A DNA stretch of 63,936 bases, taken from Eubacteriales bacterium. GTDB taxonomy: Bacteria; Bacillota; Clostridia; Oscillospirales; JAAYXM01. The stretch lies in the NCBI GenBank assembly GCA_045589235.1, contig JAZNOR010000071.1, forward strand, positions 1 to 63,936, written 5' to 3'. A program made the position numbers and the translations under genes. Positions 18,535-27,561 of this stretch are shown here, piece after piece. The notes beneath the pieces were generated by a model that was not told the DNA's origin, did no database searches, and saw only the letters and a list, made by a program, of their open reading frames with translations. The stretch's first letter is position 1. Every line of letters begins with the position of its first letter.

Positions 18535-20818
18535 AATTATATGTGTTTTTTTATCTTTTTGTTTGCTATTTTCATCTATTGCGCAAGCAAATGAGTCAGT
18601 AGCTCTCTTTGAAGATAATAAAATAAATTATTTGAAATTTATAACCGGTTATAGCGATAATACATTTCGACCCAACAACCCAATAACACGTGCAGAATCT
18701 GCTAAGATGTTATCTTTTGTCTTGGATCTTGATACTAAATCAGAAAATACGGTTGTTTTTTCTGATTTAAATAACGATTTTTGGGCATATGATGCCATAA
18801 TTTCACTTTCAGATATGGGTGTGTTTTCTGGGTTTGGTGATGGAACATTCAGACCTGAAAAGCGCATGACAAGAGCGGAGTTTGTAAGTGCTATCGCACG
18901 TATTTTAAAGCTGAAAGGGAAGGGCAGTGCTCCGTTTAACGACACCAAAGACCACTGGGCAGGCGAGTCGATATCTGCATTATACTATAAAAAAGTAATC
19001 GGAGGTTATCCGGATAAGACTTTTAGACCGGATTCGTTTATAACCAGAGCTGAAGCTGTTGTGCTTATTAATAAAATAACTGAGAATTATATTGATAAGA
19101 ATGTTACAAAAAAAATATTTACAGATTTATCGGAATTTCATTGGGCGTATTATGATATAATGTCTGCAGCGTCAACAGCTGCTCTTGAAAGTACATTTCC
19201 GCATATAGATGTTAATTTTAATGATATTGAGTACATTGAGCTTTCGCCAAAAGAACTTAAAAGCGAGCTTGATTGTCTTTTGGAAGAGTTCAAAACTGCG
19301 CACACAGCGCGTCAAGGTGAAATTTTTAATCAAATTTCAACAATTGAGTCTGATGTTGCTCTGGCAGTTTCTATGTCCGGAATCAATTCCAAGCGTGATG
19401 TTACAAGCGAAAAAGACCAAAATAATACGAGTAATGCGTATTATTGCGGAAACTTAGTTAAAGAAGCGAAAAAAACACGTTATTATCTACTTGCTGAAGT
19501 TGAAAATAAAAAAGAATTTGAATCAGTTATTGGTATGAAAATCGAAGATGTTCCTTTACCGGAGGCTACTTTACCTGAACGTCTTGTGGCGCTCTATACC
19601 GAAGAGCAAACATATAAAAACGAATTTAATGAGTTTATGTATGGAAATTCAATCACTTTTAACGGTCAAAAATACTCACTCGCTCAAGCTGAAGTGTCAA
19701 ACAATCCTAAACTGGTTAAAGTAGCTCTTGATTATTATGTTGATAATGAAGAAGTTTATGGCGAGATTTTCTCAAAACTTATTGATGTACGCAACCGTAT
19801 CGCACATCACTTTGGTTACAGATATTATACTGATGTTGGTTATTTAATGTCAGGCAAAACTTTCACTATTAAGAATGTTGAACCAATCAGAAATGATGTC
19901 AAGGCGTATATTGCACCACTGTTTTATAATCTAAACATTGCACGGCAAGGTGTTAACAACGGATATCATAATACTAAAGCTTTTACACCTGAAAATAAGA
20001 CTACATATATTGAAGAAGCAAAAAAATATATCAGAGAAATGTCTCCTCAAACGCGCGAAGCTCTTCATTATTTAATTGAATCTGAAGTTATTGATACCGA
20101 AGTTCGCCAAAACAAAGCGCAAGTTTCAATGACATCGTATATAGATAAGTACGAAACGCCCTTTTTATTTATAAATCAAACCGGAAGTTTTAATGACTTT
20201 CAGGATTTCGCGCATGAATTCGGTCACGCTTTTCACGCTTACAGAATAGGAAAAAAAGGTATTTCTTCATCAAATGATATTTGTGAAATTGCATCTTATG
20301 GCATGGAAATGCTTGTTATGCACAAATACGAAAGTTTCTTTGATGATAACTATAAAGATGTTGTTTTATCCGATTTCTATGAAAAATTAGCTCTTATTTT
20401 AACAACTACATTTATGGATGAGTTTCAAACGATAGTCTATAGCGATCCTCATTTAACTATTAAAGAAAGAAATGCCATATATGCAGAATTGCGCAGAGAA
20501 TATTTTATTGGAAGTGTTTATTCACACGAAGCATATGAACGTGGAATTTGCTGGACTAATCCTACACATTTTTTCACAGCACCATATTATTCAATAGATT
20601 ATACTTTGGCACTAACTTTGGCGTTCCAACTTTGGGAAATTGGAAACGAAGAAGGCTTTGACAAAGAATTTGAAAAATATATGGATATTATAGAAACCCC
20701 GTTTATGAAATTTAATATTTCATATGTTGCAGTTGGTGCAGGTTTAAAAAGTCCGTTTAAAAAAGGTGTTATAAAAGAACTTGCTGAAAAATTAGATGAG
20801 TTTTTTAAAATTAATTAA
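18527..20818 (+). CDS. Secreted SLH-domain protein fused to an M3 (oligoendopeptidase F-like) metallopeptidase
   Basis: Signal peptide, three SLH repeats (FSD/FND/FTD...W...GY.D.TFRP), then an M3-like domain with HEFGHAFH. The ATG overlaps the upstream stop (ATGTATAA). Confidence 0.8.
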   Translation: MYKIICVFLSFCLLFSSIAQANESVALFEDNKINYLKFITGYSDNTFRPNNPITRAESAKMLSFVLDLDTKSENTVVFSDLNNDFWAYDAIISLSDMGVFSGFGDGTFRPEKRMTRAEFVSAIARILKLKGKGSAPFNDTKDHWAGESISALYYKKVIGGYPDKTFRPDSFITRAEAVVLINKITENYIDKNVTKKIFTDLSEFHWAYYDIMSAASTAALESTFPHIDVNFNDIEYIELSPKELKSELDCLLEEFKTAHTARQGEIFNQISTIESDVALAVSMSGINSKRDVTSEKDQNNTSNAYYCGNLVKEAKKTRYYLLAEVENKKEFESVIGMKIEDVPLPEATLPERLVALYTEEQTYKNEFNEFMYGNSITFNGQKYSLAQAEVSNNPKLVKVALDYYVDNEEVYGEIFSKLIDVRNRIAHHFGYRYYTDVGYLMSGKTFTIKNVEPIRNDVKAYIAPLFYNLNIARQGVNNGYHNTKAFTPENKTTYIEEAKKYIREMSPQTREALHYLIESEVIDTEVRQNKAQVSMTSYIDKYETPFLFINQTGSFNDFQDFAHEFGHAFHAYRIGKKGISSSNDICEIASYGMEMLVMHKYESFFDDNYKDVVLSDFYEKLALILTTTFMDEFQTIVYSDPHLTIKERNAIYAELRREYFIGSVYSHEAYERGICWTNPTHFFTAPYYSIDYTLALTLAFQLWEIGNEEGFDKEFEKYMDIIETPFMKFNISYVAVGAGLKSPFKKGVIKELAEKLDEFFKIN

Positions 20819-20820
20819 AT

Positions 20821-20860
20821 AATGAGCGGCATCAACAAAACGATGCCGCTCATTTTATTT
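20821..20860 (+). terminator. Terminator after the SLH-M3 peptidase gene
   Basis: 12-bp stem atgagcggcatc/gatgccgctcat followed by a T-rich tail. Confidence 0.75.
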
Positions 20861-20983
20861 GTTGCTCTAATAATTTTCCCCACCCTAAATTCATTAAAAT
20901 TTTGATTTTGCTTAATTAGGTGTTGTCTTAAATAAGCGGCCGCTTCTCAGGCGCCCACCCTCCTCTGAGTGAGTCTCAATTAG

Positions 20984-21027
20984 TTCAAAAAGCACGTGAA
21001 TAAAAACAATTCAAGTGCTTTTTGAAC
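20984..21027 (-). terminator. Hairpin terminator downstream of the HTH-Dx-SOR gene
   Basis: 13-bp stem gttcaaaaagcac/gtgctttttgaac, 2 nt after the stop codon. Confidence 0.55.
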
Positions 21028-21028
21028 T

Positions 21029-21700
21029 TTATCCAAATAATAACTTTGCTGTATTTTCAAGTTCTTTTCTTTCTTCACTGTCATCATAAGAAGCTTCGCG
21101 GTCATGAATACCTTTTATAATGTCTATACTAAAAAATCCGTCTTTATTACAATAGAACAAAACTTTTTTAGCCCCTCTTATTTCAAATCGTGCTTCAGCA
21201 CTACCTTCCGGATATAATTTCACAATTTGCACTTTGTCTTCAGATAGTGCTGCAATGAATGAAATATAATGTTTTTTAGTCATTTCATGGTCTATTTGAA
21301 TGTAATAATCATCTTCTACTTTTTCAATAAAAATCATATGATTTTCATCTGTTTCTTCTGCTTTAAGTGGCGCCAGCATATATCCATGACAGTTTATCGC
21401 TGATTCTCCCATGCAATGTATTACATTTCCACACATTGGGCAAACATAGAATTTTGAACGCATCATATTCGCAGAAATATTTATATTGTCAATTTTAGTA
21501 CCGGACATTAGTTCTGTAACGGAAATATTAAACGCTTTTGCAATAGGTTCCAAAAGAGATACATCCGGAAAACCCTTCCCTGTTTCCCATTTTGAAACGG
21601 TTTTATCCGAAACAGATAATTTCCCTGCAAGTTCTACTTGAGTCATATTACTTTTTTTGCGCAATTCTTTTATAAGAGCACCAGTAAGACACTGTTCCAT
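21029..21700 (-). CDS. XRE-family HTH fused to a desulfoferrodoxin-like (Dx + SOR) module
   Basis: N-terminus MTQVELAGKLSVSDKTVSKWETG (HTH_3). C-terminus aligns by eye along the whole of D. vulgaris Dfx: CPMCGN...NCHG, ENHMIF, DHEM, KKHYI, YCNKDG. Confidence 0.7.
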   Translation of the reverse strand: MEQCLTGALIKELRKKSNMTQVELAGKLSVSDKTVSKWETGKGFPDVSLLEPIAKAFNISVTELMSGTKIDNINISANMMRSKFYVCPMCGNVIHCMGESAINCHGYMLAPLKAEETDENHMIFIEKVEDDYYIQIDHEMTKKHYISFIAALSEDKVQIVKLYPEGSAEARFEIRGAKKVLFYCNKDGFFSIDIIKGIHDREASYDDSEERKELENTAKLLFG

Positions 21701-21765
21701 TCATTATCCCTCCCGACTAATATAATACATCAAAGCATATTTTATTGCCACCTACTTATGGTAGA

Positions 21766-21803
21766 ATTAAAAACACCTGAGAAAAATAACATTCTCAGGT
21801 GTT
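21766..21803 (-). terminator. Terminator after nfnB
   Basis: 11-bp stem acacctgagaa/ttctcaggtgt with a T-run on the minus strand. Confidence 0.7.
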
Positions 21804-21811
21804 TATTAAAC

Positions 21812-23203
21812 TTATTTATTTTTAATGTAATCGTCGATGGCATCTGCAGCACCTTTGCCAGCACCCATTGCCAAGATAACAGTTGCTGCACCTGTTACGG
21901 CGTCACCACCTGCAAACACACCTTCTTTTGAAGTTTTACCGGTCAGTTCGCTCTCAACAACAATACAGCCTCTTTTGTTAGTTTCAAGACCTGGTGTTGT
22001 TGTTCTGATAAGAGGATTTGGTGAAGTGCCGATTGCAACAATGATACAATCAAGGTCGATATTAAACTCGCTACCCGCGATCTCAACAGGACGACGACGA
22101 CCTGATTCATCAGGTTCGCCAAGCTCCATTTGAATACACTTCATACCGGTTACCCAACCATCATCATTGCCTAAAACTTCAAGAGGAGCAGTGAGGAGTT
22201 TAAAGATAATACCCTCCTCTTTTGCGTGGTGAACTTCTTCAAGACGAGCCGGAAGCTCTGCTTCACTTCTGCGATATACGATATAAACATTTTCAGCGCC
22301 CATGCGCTTTGCACTTCTTGCAGCATCCATAGCAACGTTTCCGCCACCGACAACTGCAACGTTTTTATACTTACGAAGCGGTGTGTCAAACTTTTCGTCA
22401 TACGCTTTCATAAGATTTATACGTGTTAAGTATTCATTAGCTGAATATACACCGTTTAAATTTTCGCCCGGGATATGCATAAATGACGGAAGACCCGCAC
22501 CTGAGCCAACAAAAACAGCTTCGAAGCCATCATCAAACAAGTCATCAACTTTTGCGGTACGACCGACAACAAAGTTTGTTTCGATTTTAACTCCCAGTTC
22601 TTTTAATGACTCAATTTCTTTTGCAACAATACTCTTAGGAAGACGGAATTCCGGAATACCATAAACTAAAACACCACCCGGGGTGTGAAATGCTTCAAAA
22701 ACAGTTACTTCATAACCGCGGCGAGCTAAGTCACCTGCGCAGGTTAATCCGGCAGGACCAGCACCTACGATTGCAACCTTATGACCATTGCTCTTAGGGG
22801 TTTCTGCTTTAGCAGTGCTGTTCTTCATTGCCCAGTCTGCAACAAAGCGCTCAAGACGACCGATTGCAACCGGCTCATGCTTAATTCCGCGAACACATTT
22901 ACTTTCGCACTGTGATTCCTGTGGGCAAACACGACCACAAACTGCAGGTAATGCATTTGTTGATTTTAAAATATCATAAGCAGCCTGGAAATCACCCTTC
23001 TGAATTTCAGCAATAAATTCAGGAATCGGAACACCTACAGGACATCCTGAAACACAAGGTCTGTGTTTACATCCAAGACAACGGTTTGCCTCTTCTATCG
23101 CCTGCTCCTCAGTATAGCCGAGTGATACTTCTGCAAAATTTTTATTTCTTACATTAGGCTCTTGTTCCGGCATCGGAACGCGAGTTGGTGACATATTAGC
23201 CAT
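21812..23203 (-). CDS. nfnB: NADPH-dependent glutamate synthase small-chain homolog (NfnB/SudA type, 2x[4Fe-4S]+FAD)
   Basis: 463 aa. CLGCKHRPC and CGRVCP...C Fe-S motifs. VAIVGAGPAGL and VAVVGGGNVAMD dinucleotide folds. Confidence 0.8.
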   Translation of the reverse strand: MANMSPTRVPMPEQEPNVRNKNFAEVSLGYTEEQAIEEANRCLGCKHRPCVSGCPVGVPIPEFIAEIQKGDFQAAYDILKSTNALPAVCGRVCPQESQCESKCVRGIKHEPVAIGRLERFVADWAMKNSTAKAETPKSNGHKVAIVGAGPAGLTCAGDLARRGYEVTVFEAFHTPGGVLVYGIPEFRLPKSIVAKEIESLKELGVKIETNFVVGRTAKVDDLFDDGFEAVFVGSGAGLPSFMHIPGENLNGVYSANEYLTRINLMKAYDEKFDTPLRKYKNVAVVGGGNVAMDAARSAKRMGAENVYIVYRRSEAELPARLEEVHHAKEEGIIFKLLTAPLEVLGNDDGWVTGMKCIQMELGEPDESGRRRPVEIAGSEFNIDLDCIIVAIGTSPNPLIRTTTPGLETNKRGCIVVESELTGKTSKEGVFAGGDAVTGAATVILAMGAGKGAADAIDDYIKNK

Positions 23204-23204
23204 T

Positions 23205-24047
23205 TTACTTCACCATACCTTTCATTCTGCATTCATGCTCTTCAAGTTTAGCACGCTCCTCGGGCTTATACATTCCACCACGGCGCATTGCTTCGTCAAA
23301 ATCAACTAGGTGACCATCGAAATCCGGACCGTCAACGCAAGCGAACTTAGTCTCTCCGCCAACTGTTAAACGGCATCCTCCGCACATACCGGTTCCATCA
23401 ATCATAATTGAGTTCATACTGACAAGTGTCTTAACATTGAATGGCTTGGTTGTGAGAGAAACAAACTTCATCATTACAAGCGGGCCAATAGCGATAACTG
23501 CATCGTATTCAACTCCGTTTTCAAGCTGTGTTTTTAAAACATCAGTAACAAGACCCTTATTTCCATTTGAACCATCATCTGTAACGATATAAAGATTATC
23601 GGACACAGCTCTCATTTCGTCCTCTAAGAATATAAGATCTTTACTTCGGAACCCTGCGATGATATCAACTTTTGCACCACGGTTGTGTAAATATTTAGCC
23701 TGTGGATATGCAATTGCACAACCAAGACCACCACCGATAACGCAAACGTGATTTAGTTCATCAAGATGAGACGGATTGCCGAGCGGACCGACAAAGTCTA
23801 AAATGCAGTCGCCTTCTTCCAATTCACCGAGCATACGAGTTGTCTTGCCGACTTCCTGGAAAATAATAGTAATTGTGCCTGCTTCTCGGTCATAATCTGC
23901 AATCGTAAGCGGAATACGCTCACCTGTTTCGGTAACACGAAGCATAATAAACTGACCTGGAAGTGCATAACGCGCTACATTGGGAGCTTCAACCTCTAAA
24001 AGCTTTACCTGCGGATTAAAAACCTTCTTAGTTTTAATCTTGAACAT
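23205..24047 (-). CDS. nfnA: Ferredoxin-NADP reductase-like FAD/[2Fe-2S] subunit (NfnA/SudB type)
   Basis: Start set at ATG 24047 (GAGGTG RBS). C-terminal CGGC...C cluster. 1-nt gap to nfnB. Confidence 0.8.
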   Translation of the reverse strand: MFKIKTKKVFNPQVKLLEVEAPNVARYALPGQFIMLRVTETGERIPLTIADYDREAGTITIIFQEVGKTTRMLGELEEGDCILDFVGPLGNPSHLDELNHVCVIGGGLGCAIAYPQAKYLHNRGAKVDIIAGFRSKDLIFLEDEMRAVSDNLYIVTDDGSNGNKGLVTDVLKTQLENGVEYDAVIAIGPLVMMKFVSLTTKPFNVKTLVSMNSIMIDGTGMCGGCRLTVGGETKFACVDGPDFDGHLVDFDEAMRRGGMYKPEERAKLEEHECRMKGMVK

Positions 24048-24103
24048 GAAAAATAACACCTCAATTTTCTTGCTTATAGCTCTGTATTTCATTGATTGTT
24101 ATA

Positions 24104-24132
24104 ATTTTATCAAATTTCATGATATAATGCAA
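24104..24132 (-). promoter_or_regulatory. Candidate promoter for nfnAB
   Basis: Minus strand TTGCAT, 17-nt spacer, TAAAAT. Confidence 0.4.
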
Positions 24133-24210
24133 TAGACATATGCAAAAAAATTTTGTTACATTATACCATATTTTTTGTTAAAATATATTTCTTTTCATAT
24201 GTGATTGTTA

Positions 24211-24239
24211 TTGCATTTTGATTTTTATAGTGATATACT
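24211..24239 (+). promoter_or_regulatory. Candidate promoter for eda-kdgK
   Basis: TTGCAT, 17-nt spacer, TATACT. Confidence 0.5.
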
Positions 24240-24293
24240 TATAATTAAGATATTATGTTCTAAAAACATATGAAAATTAAGGAGGCAATTCCA

Positions 24294-25259
24294 ATGAATG
24301 ATGTTTTAAAGCAAATTGGCGCATATGGCGTAGTGCCGGTCGTCAAAATTGATGATGCAAAGGATGCTGTTCCGCTTGCAAAAGCTCTTGTTGACGGCGG
24401 TCTTCCGGTTGCTGAGGTTACTTTCCGTACCGATGCTGCTGAAGAGGCTATCAGCGCTATGGCAAAAGCTTATCCGAACATGCTCCTCGGCGCAGGTACA
24501 GTTCTCACTACCGAGCAGGTAGATCGTGCAGTTGCAGCTGGCGCTGCATTTATCGTTTCTCCGGGTCTTAATCCGAAGATTGTTAAGTACTGTGTTGAGA
24601 AGAACATTCCGATTACTCCGGGTTGCAGCAATCCGTCTGACATTGAAGCTGCAATTGAGCTTGGCCTTGATGTAGTTAAGTTCTTCCCTGCTGAAGCTTG
24701 TGGTGGTCTCGCAGCTATCAAGGCTATGAGCGCTCCGTATGGCGGCATCAAATTTATGCCGACCGGTGGTATCAGCGAAAAGAATATCGACTCTTACCTT
24801 GAATTTGGCAAAATCCTTGCTTGTGGCGGTAGCTGGATGGTTAAGGATTCTCTTATCAAGAATGGTCAGTTTGATGAAATCACCCGTTTAACACGCGAAG
24901 CAGTTAACAAAGTTTTAGGTTTTGAACTTGGTCACATCGGCATAAATTGCGCTTGCGAAAACTGTGCAGCAGATGTTGCTAACAAGTTTGCAGGCATCTT
25001 CGGTTTCGGCGTAAAGAATGGCAACAGCTCTATCTTTGCAGGCAGTGGAATTGAAGTTAATAAATCAATGGGTCTTGGCACAAATGGTCACATCGCTATC
25101 AAGACAAAAAATATCACTCGTGCAATTGCATATCTTGAGAGAATGGGCGTTGCTCTCAATGCAGATTCAAAGAAGTTTGATGCAAATGGTAATATGGTAG
25201 CAATTTACTTAGCTGATGAGTTCGGCGGTTTCGCTGTGCATCTCGTTCAGGCAAAGTAA
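24294..25259 (+). CDS. eda: KDPG/KHG aldolase with an extra C-terminal VOC (glyoxalase-like) domain of about 110 aa
   Basis: Start at ATG 24294 (GGAGG RBS). Aldolase part is VVPVV...EVTFRT...VKFFPA...GG. The tail has HIGIN...GHIAI...VHLV beta-alpha-beta-beta-beta-like repeats. Confidence 0.85.
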   Translation: MNDVLKQIGAYGVVPVVKIDDAKDAVPLAKALVDGGLPVAEVTFRTDAAEEAISAMAKAYPNMLLGAGTVLTTEQVDRAVAAGAAFIVSPGLNPKIVKYCVEKNIPITPGCSNPSDIEAAIELGLDVVKFFPAEACGGLAAIKAMSAPYGGIKFMPTGGISEKNIDSYLEFGKILACGGSWMVKDSLIKNGQFDEITRLTREAVNKVLGFELGHIGINCACENCAADVANKFAGIFGFGVKNGNSSIFAGSGIEVNKSMGLGTNGHIAIKTKNITRAIAYLERMGVALNADSKKFDANGNMVAIYLADEFGGFAVHLVQAK

Positions 25260-25286
25260 TTTAATTTAAAATAAAGGAGAATAATT

Positions 25287-26321
25287 ATGAGCAAGCAGAA
25301 AGTTGTTACATTTGGCGAAATTATGTTACGCTTAAAATCACCGGGCAATGAGCGTTTCTTCCAGTCACCTTCTTTAGAAGCTACTTTCGGTGGTGGCGAG
25401 GCTAACGTTGCAGTTTCTATCGCAAACTACGGTATGGACGCATCTTTTGTTACCTTCGTTCCGGACAATGATATCGGTACCGCTTGTATCGGTGAAGTTC
25501 GCCGTTTCGGCGTTGACACTACTTATATGTTACGTGGCAAAGGCCGTATGGGTATCTACTTCCTTGAGACAGGTTCTAACCAGAGACCGAGTAAGGTAAT
25601 CTATGACCGTGCTGATTCTTCAATTGCTCTTGCAGCTCCGGGCTCAATCAATTGGAAAGAAGTTTTTGACGGTGCTACATGGTTCCATATTTCAGGTATT
25701 ACTCCGGCTATCAGCCAGTCAGCTGCAGATCTTTCTTTTGAGGCTTGCAAGGCTGCTAAGGAGCTTGGCGTTACCGTTTCTTGTGACTTGAACTTCAGAA
25801 AGAAGCTTTGGAAGTACGGCAAGACTGCTCCGGAAGTTATGTGTGAGCTCACAAAGTATGTTGACGTAGCTATCGCAAATGAGGAAGACTGCCAAAAGTC
25901 ACTTGGTATCAAGGTTGATTCAAATGTTGAGGGTGGCGAGCTCAATACCGATACATACAAGAAACTTGCTGAGAAAGTACTTGCTGATTACCCTAATCTC
26001 AAGGCAATTGCAATCACTCTTCGTGAGAGCAAGAGCGCTGATACAAACGGCTGGAGTGCATGTTTGCATGACCGTGAGAAGTTCTACCACAGCAAGTCAT
26101 ATATGATCACTGACATTGTTGATCGCGTTGGTGGTGGTGACTCCTTCTCAGGTGGTCTTATCTATGGTCTCTTAAATTACGAGAACCACGAGGACAGCTT
26201 GAACTTTGCTGTTGCAGCTTCTTGCCTCAAGCACACAATTATGGGTGACTTTAACCGCGTATCTGTTAGCGAGGTCGAAGCACTTATGGGTGGCGACGGT
26301 TCAGGTCGCGTTCAGAGATAA
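25287..26321 (+). CDS. kdgK: 2-dehydro-3-deoxygluconokinase
   Basis: 344 aa PfkB family. GGGEANVA and DRVGGGDSF motifs. Follows eda. Confidence 0.88.
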   Translation: MSKQKVVTFGEIMLRLKSPGNERFFQSPSLEATFGGGEANVAVSIANYGMDASFVTFVPDNDIGTACIGEVRRFGVDTTYMLRGKGRMGIYFLETGSNQRPSKVIYDRADSSIALAAPGSINWKEVFDGATWFHISGITPAISQSAADLSFEACKAAKELGVTVSCDLNFRKKLWKYGKTAPEVMCELTKYVDVAIANEEDCQKSLGIKVDSNVEGGELNTDTYKKLAEKVLADYPNLKAIAITLRESKSADTNGWSACLHDREKFYHSKSYMITDIVDRVGGGDSFSGGLIYGLLNYENHEDSLNFAVAASCLKHTIMGDFNRVSVSEVEALMGGDGSGRVQR

Positions 26322-26334
26322 GTTTTTAAAAGTT

Positions 26335-26371
26335 AAAACAACCTTTTGCTTTTGCAAAAGGTTGTTTTTTT
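26335..26371. terminator. Bidirectional terminator between kdgK and the ABC permease gene
   Basis: caaccttttgc/gcaaaaggttg stem flanked by A-run and T-run. Confidence 0.75.
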
Positions 26372-27560
26372 ATTCTCTTAATGTTTCGATAGGCGGTTTT
26401 CTGGCAGCTCTATATGCCGGTACAAGTGCAAAAATTCCGCCACACATTATTGCTATTATTTGAAACATAAAAAGATTTAACGGTTTTACAATAAAAGGCA
26501 AATTGAAAAAATAAGATATCAATTTCATTAAAGTAAGGCCAATAAAAATTCCTAACACTCCGCCAACTGCCGCTGTTATGCACGACTCACACACAAACCA
26601 AAGCGTAATATCTCGGCATTCAGCACCCGTTGCCATCATTATACCTATTTCTCTGCGTCTCTCAAATGTTGCAGCGACCGTTGTGCTCACAATGTCAAGT
26701 CCTGCAACGATTAACGAAATAGCTGCAATAGCAGAAATCACTAGTGCAATAAAGTTCGCTAGTTTTTTTACACTTTGGGAATGTTCACTCATATTTTCAA
26801 ATCCAAATGTATTTTTGTTTACACGCTTTATTCTAGACAAAGCTTCAACACACTTTTTTCCTGTTTCTTTGTTTGTTTCATCGTTAAATCCACGTATGGC
26901 TATTTGGTTTATATTATTGTTTCCGCGCATATCTATAAGTGTTGTGTATGGAATATAAACGAATTCCGGTATTGCGCCACCAATGAGTTTGTTTACTCCA
27001 TCTTTTTGTGATGAAATAACCCCTATTATTTCGAATCTCTCAGCAGAACTTGCAATATTCAATATGATTTCTTTACCTACTATATTTTCGCGCACATAAA
27101 TTTTTTTTGCAAATTCATTATCAATTATTGCAACTTTCTTTTTTTGCTTTATATCTGAAGCTGTAAATTTTCTGCCATGTAGCACTTGAAACGCTATTAC
27201 CTCTTCTATGTTTTTATCCACGCCCCACAAGAGCGAATTCCCGCGTGTACCTTTTATTTGATATGCGCCATATTCAATAAGAAACGGTTGAACGTTTTTT
27301 ACACTATCAATATTTTTTGAAATATAACTTATATCATCTAAGTTAAGTGTTACATTGCGGTTGTTTGAGTAAACAGTAATTCCTGATATGCCCATTTTTT
27401 CAATTTCTGCTTCAACAATTTCTGTGGCACTGTATCCGAGCGAAGATATTAAAACCACACTTGCAATTCCTATGCAAACAGAAATTGCAGTAAGTAGTTT
27501 CCTTTTGCGAGTACGCCAAACATTTTTCATTGCAAAAAAGAAAATATCTTTAAAATGCAT
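26370..27560 (-). CDS. ABC transporter permease, MacB/FtsX-like (no fused ATPase)
   Basis: 396 aa. N-terminal TM, extracytoplasmic MacB_PCD-like domain, C-terminal FtsX 3-TM block. Confidence 0.85.
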   Translation of the reverse strand: MHFKDIFFFAMKNVWRTRKRKLLTAISVCIGIASVVLISSLGYSATEIVEAEIEKMGISGITVYSNNRNVTLNLDDISYISKNIDSVKNVQPFLIEYGAYQIKGTRGNSLLWGVDKNIEEVIAFQVLHGRKFTASDIKQKKKVAIIDNEFAKKIYVRENIVGKEIILNIASSAERFEIIGVISSQKDGVNKLIGGAIPEFVYIPYTTLIDMRGNNNINQIAIRGFNDETNKETGKKCVEALSRIKRVNKNTFGFENMSEHSQSVKKLANFIALVISAIAAISLIVAGLDIVSTTVAATFERRREIGIMMATGAECRDITLWFVCESCITAAVGGVLGIFIGLTLMKLISYFFNLPFIVKPLNLFMFQIIAIMCGGIFALVPAYRAARKPPIETLRE

Positions 27561-27561
27561 T

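Noticed and set aside
20880-20980. GC-rich patch in an AT-rich intergenic region: 12-bp palindrome AAGCGGCCGCTT, two CCACCCT copies, and on the minus strand GAGGGTGGGCGCC, vaguely like the T-box core GGGTGGTACCGCG
   Set aside because: There is only a 7-nt match to the T-box core and no specifier or antiterminator architecture. It points into the 3' end of a convergent gene, so it would have nothing to regulate. I found no convincing ORF or ncRNA fold. It remains unexplained and may be a decayed remnant.
15333-21700. Possible genomic island integrated next to tRNA-Pro (accessory-looking genes: amidase, orphan EIIC, AI-2E permease, SLH-M3 peptidase, HTH-Dx-SOR)
   Set aside because: No integrase, no transposase, and I could not find a direct repeat of the tRNA 3' end. 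By eye the composition is not different from the flanks.
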